From Candidatus Heimdallarchaeum endolithica (lineage in GTDB: Archaea > Asgardarchaeota > Heimdallarchaeia > Heimdallarchaeales > Heimdallarchaeaceae): a stretch of 64,000 bases of DNA. Under the pieces are notes generated by a model. The model was not told the origin of the DNA. It made no database searches and worked only from the letters and a program-made list of their open reading frames with translations. A program made the translations under genes and the position numbers. The first letter of the stretch is position 1. Each line of letters starts with the position of its first letter. The stretch is from the NCBI GenBank assembly GCA_021513715.1, contig CP084167.1:2016001-2080000 (forward strand). The letters are read 5' to 3'. Shown here piece after piece: positions 1 through 10,706 of the stretch.

Positions 1-512
1 GAAAACCTCTAAACTTTTCTGGAAGATACACCTTATAGTTGGTTTACCCTCTCGAGCTATAGTCTCTCTCGCTCATTCTGCTAGTAACACTCACGATAGT
101 AAAGTCTTCGGTTTACTCTGGCAGAAACTTCCTTCTGCACTCTTGAGACCTTTCTTGCGATTTTATGGAGACTGTGCCTACTGGACAGAAAATATCGTTG
201 GACTTCTTAGCCAACATTCCTTTTTCCCTGTTATTCCCCCAAAAAGTAATGCTCGTTATCCCTCTCCTCCTCCCCTCGGACCAATAGTTCAAGCTCATCG
301 TCTCTACCCTGGTCTGTATCGTCGTAATCATCATCCCGAGTATCGTAGTAGTATTGAACACGTCTTTGGTCTCCTTAAACTCTCTCTTCCCCCAATCCTT
401 GATCGTTTACCCTCCACCATTCTCTCTACCTTGTACAGTTCTCTTCTCTGTTACAACTACCTTTTACTCCTTCGGACCGTTTAGTTGGTGAAAAAGAATT
501 TTTGGACATGCT
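1..512 (+). mobile_element. Right end of an IS5-like insertion sequence
   Basis: Transposase 3' end with strongly C/T-rich composition; probable terminal repeat near 495-511 (GAATTTTTGGACATGC); the other end lies outside the window, so the boundary is approximate. Confidence 0.55.
2..484 (+). CDS. IS5-like DDE transposase, C-terminal part (5' end outside window)
   Basis: Frame is open from nt 2, in frame with ORF 143..484: FWKIHL...THD...YGDCAY...IPPKSN...YRSSIEHVFGLLK, typical IS5/IS4-superfamily DDE motifs (D-x-A-Y; R-x-x-I-E-x-x-F-x-x-x-K). Confidence 0.8.
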   Translation, partial: KTSKLFWKIHLIVGLPSRAIVSLAHSASNTHDSKVFGLLWQKLPSALLRPFLRFYGDCAYWTENIVGLLSQHSFFPVIPPKSNARYPSPPPLGPIVQAHRLYPGLYRRNHHPEYRSSIEHVFGLLKLSLPPILDRLPSTILSTLYSSLLCYNYLLLLRTV

Positions 513-587
513 TTAATTTTTAAAAATGCAATTAAAAAATTAGCTAGAAGAAATTTAAAATTGTCTTGAAGCAAAAAATACTAAATA

Positions 588-1898
<1,311 letters not shown>

Positions 1899-2034
1899 TT
1901 AATTTCCACTCCACATGTAAGTTAAAACTAAAAACAAATAAGAATTAAAAAGTGCTATGATTGTTGTTTTTTTTTAGAAATTAGAAAAGAAAAGAGAACA
2001 ATAGAGGTAAAATTAAACGCCTCAGCATTTTTCC

Positions 2035-2625
2035 TTAATTGTTAAATTTTTTTACATTTTTAAGTAAATGTTTGAATCTATCACTTTTTGTAGTTTTTGT
2101 AACTAGATAACTAAATATTTCTGCAGTAAGGATAGGAATTTCAAATTGATTAAATAAGTTTACAGCTATTTTATAATCAGTTTCATTTCTCGATGAAGTA
2201 GCATCAGAAATGACTATAGGAATAAGGTTATGTTCAAGAGCTCCAAGAGCTGTTTGTAAAACACAAATGTGGGTCTCCACTCCAACAATTATAAAATATT
2301 TTAGAGAGAAATAGGAGTTAAGGTGTTTAACAAAATTTTCATTATCAAAACAATTAAATTCCATCTTTTGAATAACTGTTACCTTATCATCTACAATTGA
2401 ACTTAGAGATCCAATTGTAGATCCTAGTCCCTTTGGATATTGTTCAGTGAAAAAAACAGGAATATTAAAGGCTATGGCATTAGATAATAAAAACTCTATT
2501 TTATTAAGAACATCTTTCCAATTTTTTGTTGCAGACAAAATTGATTGTTGTGCATCAATAACGACAATAACTGAGTTTAAATGATCCATATCATTTAAAT
2601 TTACATTTTTCATAATTTGCTTCAA
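2035..2625 (-). CDS. Isochorismatase/cysteine hydrolase family protein (YcaC-like)
   Basis: VVIDAQ, TEQYPKGLG, K-x-E-F, GVETHICVLQT motifs; start probably at ATG 2613. Confidence 0.85.
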   Translation of the reverse strand: MKQIMKNVNLNDMDHLNSVIVVIDAQQSILSATKNWKDVLNKIEFLLSNAIAFNIPVFFTEQYPKGLGSTIGSLSSIVDDKVTVIQKMEFNCFDNENFVKHLNSYFSLKYFIIVGVETHICVLQTALGALEHNLIPIVISDATSSRNETDYKIAVNLFNQFEIPILTAEIFSYLVTKTTKSDRFKHLLKNVKKFNN

Positions 2626-2657
2626 ACTCCTGTGCTAAAAAGTATTTCGAATGGGTT

Positions 2658-3383
2658 TTGTTTCTTAAAAAGACTTTTATTGCATTGTTCGATAATATTC
2701 ATATGCAAGTTTATCATGTAATTAAAAAAGAACTAAAAGAACTAAAATCTCCATACACTTTTTTAGATGGAGATGTTTATGTTGTTGAAACTGATAATAT
2801 TCTCTGGGTTTGGATTGGTAAAAGGAGCTATGCTGACGACAAAGCTGTAGGTGCGTGGGCAGCCAAGGTTATTGAAGAAAAAAACAAAAAACTAGAGATC
2901 AAAACAATAATGCAAGGTGATGAACCTCCAGAATTTCTAGATATAATAGAATTTGAAGTAAAGAGAGGAGATACACCTGGTTTTCTTAAGCACATAGATA
3001 TAAAGGTAAAGAAGGATTTTCGTCTATTACATATTGAACAAAATGAAAAAGGAGAGGTAATTACTAAAGAAATTCCTATTGAGTATAAATTATTTGAGTC
3101 CGATGATGCATTTGTTCTTGACTTTTATAATGAGATTTACATATGGATAGGTAAAGATTGTCAAGTTAAAGAAAAATATGAAGCAGGAAAAATAGCTAGA
3201 AAGCTAGAAGTTGAACGTAAGAGAACACCCATTGTATATGTTATTGAAGAAGGTGACGAACCAGAAGGATTCAGAGATATGATCACAAAAATGGCTTGGA
3301 GAGATGCTGCACTGGAACTAAGAAACGATGACAAGAAAGAAGATTCTTCTAAAAGAAAAAAATGGTGGCAATTCTGGAAGTAA
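2658..3383 (+). CDS. Two-domain gelsolin-family actin regulator (Asgard 2DGel-like)
   Basis: Two gelsolin repeats: DVYVVET...LWVWIGK...QGDEPPEF and SDDAFVLD...IYIWIGK...EGDEPEGF; likely start ATG 2703. Confidence 0.85.
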   Translation: MFLKKTFIALFDNIHMQVYHVIKKELKELKSPYTFLDGDVYVVETDNILWVWIGKRSYADDKAVGAWAAKVIEEKNKKLEIKTIMQGDEPPEFLDIIEFEVKRGDTPGFLKHIDIKVKKDFRLLHIEQNEKGEVITKEIPIEYKLFESDDAFVLDFYNEIYIWIGKDCQVKEKYEAGKIARKLEVERKRTPIVYVIEEGDEPEGFRDMITKMAWRDAALELRNDDKKEDSSKRKKWWQFWK

Positions 3384-3733
3384 CTCCTTTTATAATTCTT
3401 TATCCAAAACTTGCCAATATTTATTGCTGAGTTTATATACTATTTTCTCTTTTTTACTATTAGCTACGAATTTCATATTCAATATATGGATTCGTATGGA
3501 GTAAAAACATACTACCACCAAAATGTCATCACACATAGCTAGAAGTTCGCACAGCGGTCACAGAGGGTGGCTCTGTAGAGGGTGTGCAAACTCTTCTCTT
3601 CTCTTTTCTTTTTTTATTTTATCTAAATTCTAAAAGATAATTCACAATAAATACAACTTATATTACCCACGTAAACCGAGAAGGACATATGAGTACATGT
3701 ATAGGTGTTTTTCAAGTATTACATGGAATTTAA

Positions 3734-3955
3734 ATGTCATCTACAGATGAAATATCAAAGGTGATTAGAATTAAACTTGTAACTGTTCATTTACCATCTG
3801 AATTTCTTAATAGTTTGGATGAACTTGTTCGCCAAAAGCGTTATCCAAATAGAAGTGAAATAATTAGGGTGGCTATTCGAGATTTACTTAAAGAAGAGTT
3901 TTGGGGACAACAAAAGAACGTATATAATGGAACCATCAAAGAAAATGCATATTAA
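3734..3955 (+). CDS. Ribbon-helix-helix transcriptional regulator (CdrS/CopG-like)
   Basis: KLVTVHLP...LDELV...YPNRSEIIRVAIRDLL matches the conserved small archaeal RHH family that includes the cell-division regulator CdrS. Confidence 0.8.
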   Translation: MSSTDEISKVIRIKLVTVHLPSEFLNSLDELVRQKRYPNRSEIIRVAIRDLLKEEFWGQQKNVYNGTIKENAY

Positions 3956-4011
3956 ACACACGCTTTTTATTTTTCTCGAAAGCCACTTTTATTTTCTTCA
4001 AAAGAGAATGA

Positions 4012-4692
4012 TTAGAAGTGTATTTGAAATGATCTAATTATTTTCTCATATATAGATAAAATGGAACCTTCTCCTAGAGTCTTCTTCTTTCGAATTGATT
4101 CTAATACATCGTCAACTGTTTCTGCATCTTTTGGAACAAGAGTATAAGCTAAGCCTATATCTTTAACTCTATGGCTATCACTTCCTCCTGTTTGTGCTAA
4201 GGAATTTTTTTCTGCAAAATTTCTTGCTTTGTTATTAAAAACTTTAGTTATACATGATGCATTTACTGTTTCAATGGCGAGATTAGAAAAATTCACTTTT
4301 GTTATTTTTCGTCCTATTCCTTTTCTTAAAAAGTCAAATGGATGAGGAACAACAATTTCTCCCCCATAGTCAAATATTTGTTCTATTGTTTCTGCGATCG
4401 ATTTGTTTTTTTCTATTAGTTCAGATACCCCTAGTCCTATTAAATGCCCATTAGAAGTTGAAATCTCTATTCCAGGTATAATTAATAAATTTGTTTCCTC
4501 CCGAATACTTTTGTGAAAAGATACAGTATTATGGTCTGTTATTGCTAGACCAGATAAACCTATTTTTTCAGCTTGCTTGAAAATATCTTTTGGTTTACTT
4601 TTGCAATCATAGGAATAGAAACTGTGAACATGCAAATCAAAGAGACTATACTCCTCATTTGCTTTTTTAGAGTCAATGATCAACTTTTTCAC
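4012..4692 (-). CDS. PHP-domain metal-dependent phosphoesterase
   Basis: DLHVHS, AITDHN, GIEI, PHP, GGSDSH motifs. Confidence 0.85.
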   Translation of the reverse strand: MKKLIIDSKKANEEYSLFDLHVHSFYSYDCKSKPKDIFKQAEKIGLSGLAITDHNTVSFHKSIREETNLLIIPGIEISTSNGHLIGLGVSELIEKNKSIAETIEQIFDYGGEIVVPHPFDFLRKGIGRKITKVNFSNLAIETVNASCITKVFNNKARNFAEKNSLAQTGGSDSHRVKDIGLAYTLVPKDAETVDDVLESIRKKKTLGEGSILSIYEKIIRSFQIHF

Positions 4693-4694
4693 CG

Positions 4695-5369
4695 TTAGCT
4701 ACTTTCTTCTTTCTTTTTCTTTTCTTCTTCGAATATGATACGTTCAAGCTCATCTAAATCAGTAATTTGAGCATAATCACCAATACTTTGAGACGACCAA
4801 AATGCTGCTTTTTTTTCACTTAATTCTCTCATCTGACGTTCTATAAAATTATAAACTGTACTGTGTTTTGCACCGTGTATAAGTCTTATCACCGCAGTCC
4901 TTGCTATTTCCACATACCTTAACTCTCCAATTATTCCTACTGTGTTGTGATATACTGAGATATATGTCCGTGTCGCTTGTTCAATAAAATTTCTTGTACT
5001 ACCTTTTCTTCCAATTACACGCGAACGGACATTCCTCAATGCATTTGAAGATGTCCCTACTATTTCTCTCAAACTGATAATTTCAAAAATATAATTTGGT
5101 TGCATAATTGTATATGCTCTTTGTGGACTAAAACCACGTCCAATAGCTTTAACGATATCTCTAGCTTTCCATAAATTAATTGGATCATCAAGTTCTTCCT
5201 CAGCAAGGATGACAACATCACCATTATTACTATCAATTTTCAAAATACAACCGGTTAAATCTTCAATATGTTTTTTTGTAGAACCTTTTGGTCCAATAAG
5301 AACGGCAATACGTTCAAGAGGCAATCTAACTAAAAATTCTCCTGACATTTTTTTCACTTCATAACTCAA
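4695..5369 (-). CDS. KH-domain pre-rRNA processing protein Dim2/Pno1
   Basis: Two KH GxxG loops (IGPKG, IGRKG), AIGRGFSP; conserved aIF1A-Rio1-KH operon; likely start ATG 5348. Confidence 0.9.
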   Translation of the reverse strand: MSYEVKKMSGEFLVRLPLERIAVLIGPKGSTKKHIEDLTGCILKIDSNNGDVVILAEEELDDPINLWKARDIVKAIGRGFSPQRAYTIMQPNYIFEIISLREIVGTSSNALRNVRSRVIGRKGSTRNFIEQATRTYISVYHNTVGIIGELRYVEIARTAVIRLIHGAKHSTVYNFIERQMRELSEKKAAFWSSQSIGDYAQITDLDELERIIFEEEKKKKEESS

Positions 5370-6219
5370 TTTTTATTTTTGGATCAGGTTTAAATCCTGT
5401 CACATGTTCAAACAATTCATCATTTTCGAGAACATCTACACCTATGGAACCAAAAAAACGATTGATATTTGAAATATCACGATATAAGAAAAAGTAAGCA
5501 TTAGGATGATCAAGAAGTACTGCCTGTGATACATCAATTATCACAGGTTCTTTATTATAATAGAGAATATTGTATTCACTCAAATCTGCGTGAACCATTT
5601 TTCCTTCGTTATATAATCTAGAAATATAATCTACCATTTTACTATATATTTTTCCTTTTCTTTTGCTTCTTATTTTTACATCCTTTAATAACGGGGCAGC
5701 TTCTCTTTTTTTTCCTATAAAATCCATAACTAGGACATTCTTTCTAACAATTATTGGAGACGGAACAGCTATTTTTATTGAACTCATTCTTTGGAGATTC
5801 TTAAATTCTTTTTTTGCCCAAAGATAAATGAAAGAATAAGTTCCCTTTTTATACCTTTTAAAACGGGGATCTCCTTCTAAATATCTCCAATTTTGCTTAA
5901 AAATATTTGTAGTTGTTCGATATATCTTAATCGCTAATTCTTTTCCATTTTCTCCATAAGCGTGATAAACATTTGCTTCTTTGCCAGTAGAAACAACGTG
6001 GCTTATTTCTTTAATAATACCTTTATTCATTAGAGAAACAATAAGTAAAGCAGTTTGTTCGTCAAAAACACTTTCAATTACTTGTAGTGCTTTTTCATCT
6101 TTAGTGCGAATACGAGACTTGTCTATTTTCGCATCTAAATGACGAACATCATACTTTTCTGTTTTATTCATATTTATCATCCCTTTTTCATTATTTTTAC
6201 TGACAGGTTTTGTTGACAA
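5359..6219 (-). CDS. rio1: RIO1 serine protein kinase
   Basis: STGKEANVY, AIKIY, VHADLSEYNIL, IIDVSQ. Confidence 0.92.
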   Translation of the reverse strand: MSTKPVSKNNEKGMINMNKTEKYDVRHLDAKIDKSRIRTKDEKALQVIESVFDEQTALLIVSLMNKGIIKEISHVVSTGKEANVYHAYGENGKELAIKIYRTTTNIFKQNWRYLEGDPRFKRYKKGTYSFIYLWAKKEFKNLQRMSSIKIAVPSPIIVRKNVLVMDFIGKKREAAPLLKDVKIRSKRKGKIYSKMVDYISRLYNEGKMVHADLSEYNILYYNKEPVIIDVSQAVLLDHPNAYFFLYRDISNINRFFGSIGVDVLENDELFEHVTGFKPDPKIKIEL

Positions 6220-6368
6220 TGGAAGTGATTTTCACTGATTTATTAGCTATAATTCAAGGAGATTTTAAAGCTAAATAAAATTGTTGTTTAGCGTTTATCT
6301 CAGTTTTGTTAAACAAAATTTCATTTTATTATCTTAAAATAGTATTAAAATATTTATTATAACGTCAT

Positions 6369-6710
6369 CTAACTCACAAAATCTTCAGGAACATACCCAT
6401 TTTTTATTAACCATGATACTTCATTGTTTTTGTATCGATAGACCAACTCACCTTTTTCATCAGGATTCATTCCATATAAAGGCATTACAACTATAAGATC
6501 TCCAATTCTACACCACATTCTTTTTCTATATTTTCCAGGTATTCTTACTTGACGAGTATTACCATCTAAACAACGAACCAATAAAATACCTGCTCCGAGT
6601 ATTTGAACAACTACTCCAAACACTTCTCCTTCTTCTGGTAGTCTTGCTCTAATTGCATCAGACGATTCTACTTCCCAAGCCCCACTTTTACTTTTACTTT
6701 TTTTATTCAC
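6369..6710 (-). CDS. eif1a: Translation initiation factor aIF-1A
   Basis: RLPEEGEVFGVV..LG...VRCLDG..R..RIPGK.RKRMW...GD. Confidence 0.92.
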   Translation of the reverse strand: MNKKSKSKSGAWEVESSDAIRARLPEEGEVFGVVVQILGAGILLVRCLDGNTRQVRIPGKYRKRMWCRIGDLIVVMPLYGMNPDEKGELVYRYKNNEVSWLIKNGYVPEDFVS

Positions 6711-6855
6711 TTTTATTTCCTCTGAAAGTTTTCAGTGATATAATATTTAACATTCAATTTAAATTGTTTTTGTTTCATCTAGATTTAAAATTATTATAAA
6801 CAATTAACGAAACAGAAAAAAAGGCAAATGTAATCTTCTTTTTAAGGAGATTATA

Positions 6856-7266
6856 ATGAGTTATGACGAATTATTGAAAAGAGCACGAAAACAACTACCA
6901 GAAAAAGTATTCGAAGAAGATCGTTTCAAGATACCAAAAGTGCAAGCTGTTATTGAAGGGAACAAAACTATTGTTACTAATTTCAAGCAAATAGCTACTT
7001 TAATTAACAGAGAAGAAAATCACTTGTTAAAGTATTTAGCAGGAGAACTTGCTACATCAGCAGCAATTGAAGGAAGTAGAGCTGTTTTTGCAGGAAAACA
7101 TTCAAGATACAATTTACAAAAATTGTTAGAAAAGTATCTAGAAGAATATGTTCGATGTGGAGAATGTCACAAGTATGACACACATTTCGAGACTATCTCA
7201 AGAATCCTTTACAAACGATGTGAAGCATGCGGAGCAACAACAGCAGTAAAACCATTAAGAAAATAA
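6856..7266 (+). CDS. eif2b: Translation initiation factor aIF-2 beta subunit
   Basis: YDELLKRA...RFKIP...GNKT..NF...ELAT, C-terminal CxxC...CEACGA zinc ribbon. Confidence 0.92.
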   Translation: MSYDELLKRARKQLPEKVFEEDRFKIPKVQAVIEGNKTIVTNFKQIATLINREENHLLKYLAGELATSAAIEGSRAVFAGKHSRYNLQKLLEKYLEEYVRCGECHKYDTHFETISRILYKRCEACGATTAVKPLRK

Positions 7267-7293
7267 TTCCATTTTTTTCAAGGATTTGTTTTT

Positions 7294-7617
7294 ATGGGTT
7301 CTAGAAATTATTACATCAAGATTTATTCTCATCAAACTGAGAGACTTGTTGCAATTTGTGATGAGGATATAATGGAGCTATCCTTAGAATCCAGAGGAGT
7401 AAAAATAAAACCTACTAAAAAGTTCTATGGCGAACAATTAGTAACTGAAGCAGAGGTTCTTACAGCATTAAAAGAATGTACATCAGCAAATGTTATTGGA
7501 AGAAGAATCATTGATCTCCTTATTAAACACAACATTATTCACAAGGAAGCAATCTTATGGATTGACCATCCAGATAAATCAGAAAAGAGAATAGGTCATG
7601 CTATATTAATCAAATAA
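7294..7617 (+). CDS. DUF424 family protein
   Basis: LVAICDEDI...FYG...ANVIG; usual neighbour of aIF2beta/Nmd3. Confidence 0.75.
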   Translation: MGSRNYYIKIYSHQTERLVAICDEDIMELSLESRGVKIKPTKKFYGEQLVTEAEVLTALKECTSANVIGRRIIDLLIKHNIIHKEAILWIDHPDKSEKRIGHAILIK

Positions 7618-7655
7618 AGTAGAGTAAATATATTAAAAGAGTATAGTGACCTTAG

Positions 7656-8774
7656 ATGACTAAAGGAAGATTTTGCGCTATTTGTGGGACTACAAAAGGA
7701 CCTTTTGTTAAAAATTTATGCGAAGAATGTTATTTTAAGGAGTATACTATCGACGTTAAACTACCAAAACAGCTTATTTTTAAGCTATGTCCCTCTTGTG
7801 GTACAATTAGTATCACAGGAATGAGTGTAAACCCCTTTTTAGTCGAACAAGATTTTGATATTGTTCTTCGCGAATTAGCTAGAAGTAAGATTACAGAAAA
7901 TATTAAGAGCGATATTCCTTTTCGATACGAGTTCAAGGAAGACGATATTTCCTTAGAAAAAATAAATCAAGGATACAAAAAATTCAAAATAATTATAATT
8001 TTTTATTTTAAACCAGAAATTCAATTTAGAGAAATAGAAAAAGAGTTTGAAGTTGAAATTAAAATTAGAAAAGCTACTTGTGAGCAGTGTATAAGATATA
8101 AAACAGGATATCATGAAGCTGTTCTTCAAGTTAGGGGGACAAATAGAAAACTTCATGAAACAGAAGAAAAAGAAGTTGAGGATCTCCTACAGCAAGAGTT
8201 AGAAAACAGCTCATCTAATTCAAATTACCTCACAGATATTCAAATTAATAAGGATGGTGTTACAGCTAACGTGAGCACAAAACTCTTTGCGGAAGAACTA
8301 GCAAAAAAAATAAAAGAAAAAATGGCTGCAAGATACTCTGTTGCGTATACTTTAGTTACACAAACGCGAGACAAACAAGACGTATATAGAAACACCTACC
8401 TTGTAAAACTTCCTGAATTCATAAAGGGAGACATTGTTAACTTTGCAGATAAAACATGGATTGTAATCAACACAAAAGCAGAAGAAGTAATATTACTCTC
8501 ACTTGAAGAACATAAAGAAAAAAAAATCAATAGAAAAAAGTTCGAGAAAACTGCAAAAAAAAGAAATGATGAAATATTCGAGAGAGAATACATGTATTTA
8601 TCTGATGAGGGAGATAGTATCCTTGTAATGACAATGGATACATATGAAAATTTCGAGGAACCTAAAGATAAAATTCCAAAAGAGATGCAAATAGGAGAAA
8701 CACTGAAAGGATTTATCCTTGATGAGAAAAATTACTACTTCCCAAAAAAAGTGAAACCAAACAAAAAATCGTAA
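7656..8774 (+). CDS. nmd3: Nmd3 ribosome biogenesis protein
   Basis: Four CxxC pairs, GYHEAVLQVR, YRNTYLVKLP, C-terminal eIF5A-like MTMDTYE. Confidence 0.85.
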   Translation: MTKGRFCAICGTTKGPFVKNLCEECYFKEYTIDVKLPKQLIFKLCPSCGTISITGMSVNPFLVEQDFDIVLRELARSKITENIKSDIPFRYEFKEDDISLEKINQGYKKFKIIIIFYFKPEIQFREIEKEFEVEIKIRKATCEQCIRYKTGYHEAVLQVRGTNRKLHETEEKEVEDLLQQELENSSSNSNYLTDIQINKDGVTANVSTKLFAEELAKKIKEKMAARYSVAYTLVTQTRDKQDVYRNTYLVKLPEFIKGDIVNFADKTWIVINTKAEEVILLSLEEHKEKKINRKKFEKTAKKRNDEIFEREYMYLSDEGDSILVMTMDTYENFEEPKDKIPKEMQIGETLKGFILDEKNYYFPKKVKPNKKS

Positions 8775-8805
8775 TATTTTTAACAAAAAGAAAGAATGAA
8801 GAAGA

Positions 8806-10596
8806 TTATTCAACCAATTTTTCTAATTCATTGACAAAATGTTCATATTGCTTCATACCTAAATCCCAAAACTCAGGTTTTGTAATATCAACACCCATTA
8901 TTTCTCCAAGTTCTTTTGGAGATTTACTTCCTCCTAAAGATAATAATTGTTTGAATTTAGGAATGAATTCTTTTCCTTCTTTAATATATTTTTGATAAAG
9001 GCTGTAGACGAAAAGTTGTGCAAAAACATAAGGATAATTATAGAATCTGAAATTAGCCATAAAGTAATGAGGTTTCATACACCATTCCCACTTCATTTCA
9101 TCGAACCATTCCATCGCGTCACCATATATTTTATCTCGTCCTTTTACCCAGTATTTCGCTATTGTCTCACCATTCAAGAACTCCCCTCTTTCTACAGCTT
9201 CATAAAGGTCTTTCTCGAAGAAAACTCTTGCACTCACTTGAAATATTGCCATTCCAGCTCCATCTAATACTCGTGCCAAGATTTCCTTTTTCATTTCTTT
9301 ATCTTCTATCTCATTTAGTAACATGTCAGTTAAAAGTAACTCTCCAAATATTGATGCTGTTTCTGCTGTAACCATCGGAGCTCTTGAATTGAGTATTGTT
9401 TGATTTCTGAAAGCGTAGTAATTATGCGTAGCATGCCCCAATTCATGAGCTAGAGTATATATGTCCCTTAACGATTTACTGAATGTTTGTAAGATGTAGG
9501 AATTCTTTTTCTTATATACCCCACTGCAAAATGCTCCATTTCTTTTTCCGAATCTGGGACTAGCATCAATATGATTTTTTTCAAACATCTCTTTTGTTGA
9601 TGTTGCATACTCCTCATCAAATTGTTGATAAGCTTTGATTACTAAATCACGAGCTTCTTCCCAATTATATTCTTTAACCATTGTAGAAATAGGGGCAACA
9701 ACGTCCCAATTTTTTAGAGGAGCTTCTTGTCCCATAATTTTAGCTTTTAGTTTTAGATATCGTTGATAAAGTGAAGAGTTTTTTTCTATTGCTATCATTA
9801 AATTATCTATAATTTCCTGATCTACGTCATTTACGATTAGACTTTGATGCATTGGCGAATCATATTTACGCATTTTTGACACTTGTACCCAATCTGCACA
9901 GATATTTCTCAGTGCACTAGAAAAAATAATTTCATCTTTTCCTAATCCACCATAGATAGCTCTATAAGCTGATTCTCTTGTTTTTTGATCTGGGTGAGCT
10001 AACAATCCATTTGCTTCTCCATAAGTAAGTTTCTTTTTTTCGCCCAAGACTTCTACTTCAAAGAAACGAGTGTTCAGCCATTGAGATTGAAGTTGAGACC
10101 AACCACTTACACCATATTTATCTTTTTCAATAATGATCTTTTCTTCTGCTTCAGAGAGCATATGAGGTGCATGACGTTTTACCTTTTCTAAATAGTGTGA
10201 GTATTCTTTTAATACAGGAGAATCAATTAAACTTTCATTTGCTAAGAGAAGTTTACCTAGTTCGATGTCCACAAAAGCAAGTTTTTTTTCTATTTCAGAG
10301 GTTATTTCTCTCATTTCATTAAACAATTTTTGATTTTCAATGGTGGTCATATTTGCAGAGAAAGTTAAACCTGCAAATTGAGCATATTCACTTAGATTCA
10401 TCATTAATTCTTCTATGTCACGTAATAACTCTAAGAGTTGATTTTCTGTGAAATCAGATGAATTTATTTTTCCTTTATATTTTTGTTTAATTTCATCCAC
10501 TGTCTTGTGTAACCATTCAACTCTCTCCTTGAGAGTCGGATCTTCTGCAGAATCAAATAATTCTGTTAAATCCCAAGCTATTTCATTTTGATTCAT
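8806..10596 (-). CDS. pepF: M3B oligoendopeptidase F
   Basis: WDLTEL, GKRNGAFC, TLAHELGHATH (HExxH), AETASIFGE, HYF...FYNYPY. Confidence 0.9.
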   Translation of the reverse strand: MNQNEIAWDLTELFDSAEDPTLKERVEWLHKTVDEIKQKYKGKINSSDFTENQLLELLRDIEELMMNLSEYAQFAGLTFSANMTTIENQKLFNEMREITSEIEKKLAFVDIELGKLLLANESLIDSPVLKEYSHYLEKVKRHAPHMLSEAEEKIIIEKDKYGVSGWSQLQSQWLNTRFFEVEVLGEKKKLTYGEANGLLAHPDQKTRESAYRAIYGGLGKDEIIFSSALRNICADWVQVSKMRKYDSPMHQSLIVNDVDQEIIDNLMIAIEKNSSLYQRYLKLKAKIMGQEAPLKNWDVVAPISTMVKEYNWEEARDLVIKAYQQFDEEYATSTKEMFEKNHIDASPRFGKRNGAFCSGVYKKKNSYILQTFSKSLRDIYTLAHELGHATHNYYAFRNQTILNSRAPMVTAETASIFGELLLTDMLLNEIEDKEMKKEILARVLDGAGMAIFQVSARVFFEKDLYEAVERGEFLNGETIAKYWVKGRDKIYGDAMEWFDEMKWEWCMKPHYFMANFRFYNYPYVFAQLFVYSLYQKYIKEGKEFIPKFKQLLSLGGSKSPKELGEIMGVDITKPEFWDLGMKQYEHFVNELEKLVE

Positions 10597-10706
10597 TGGT
10601 ATCAGAAACTAAAGAAATTAAGCACTATAAAAGATTATTGTCGGACAAAAAAAAATTTGAACGGAACTAATTCATAAAAATAAAAGAAGAAAGATAAATA
10701 ATTAAT

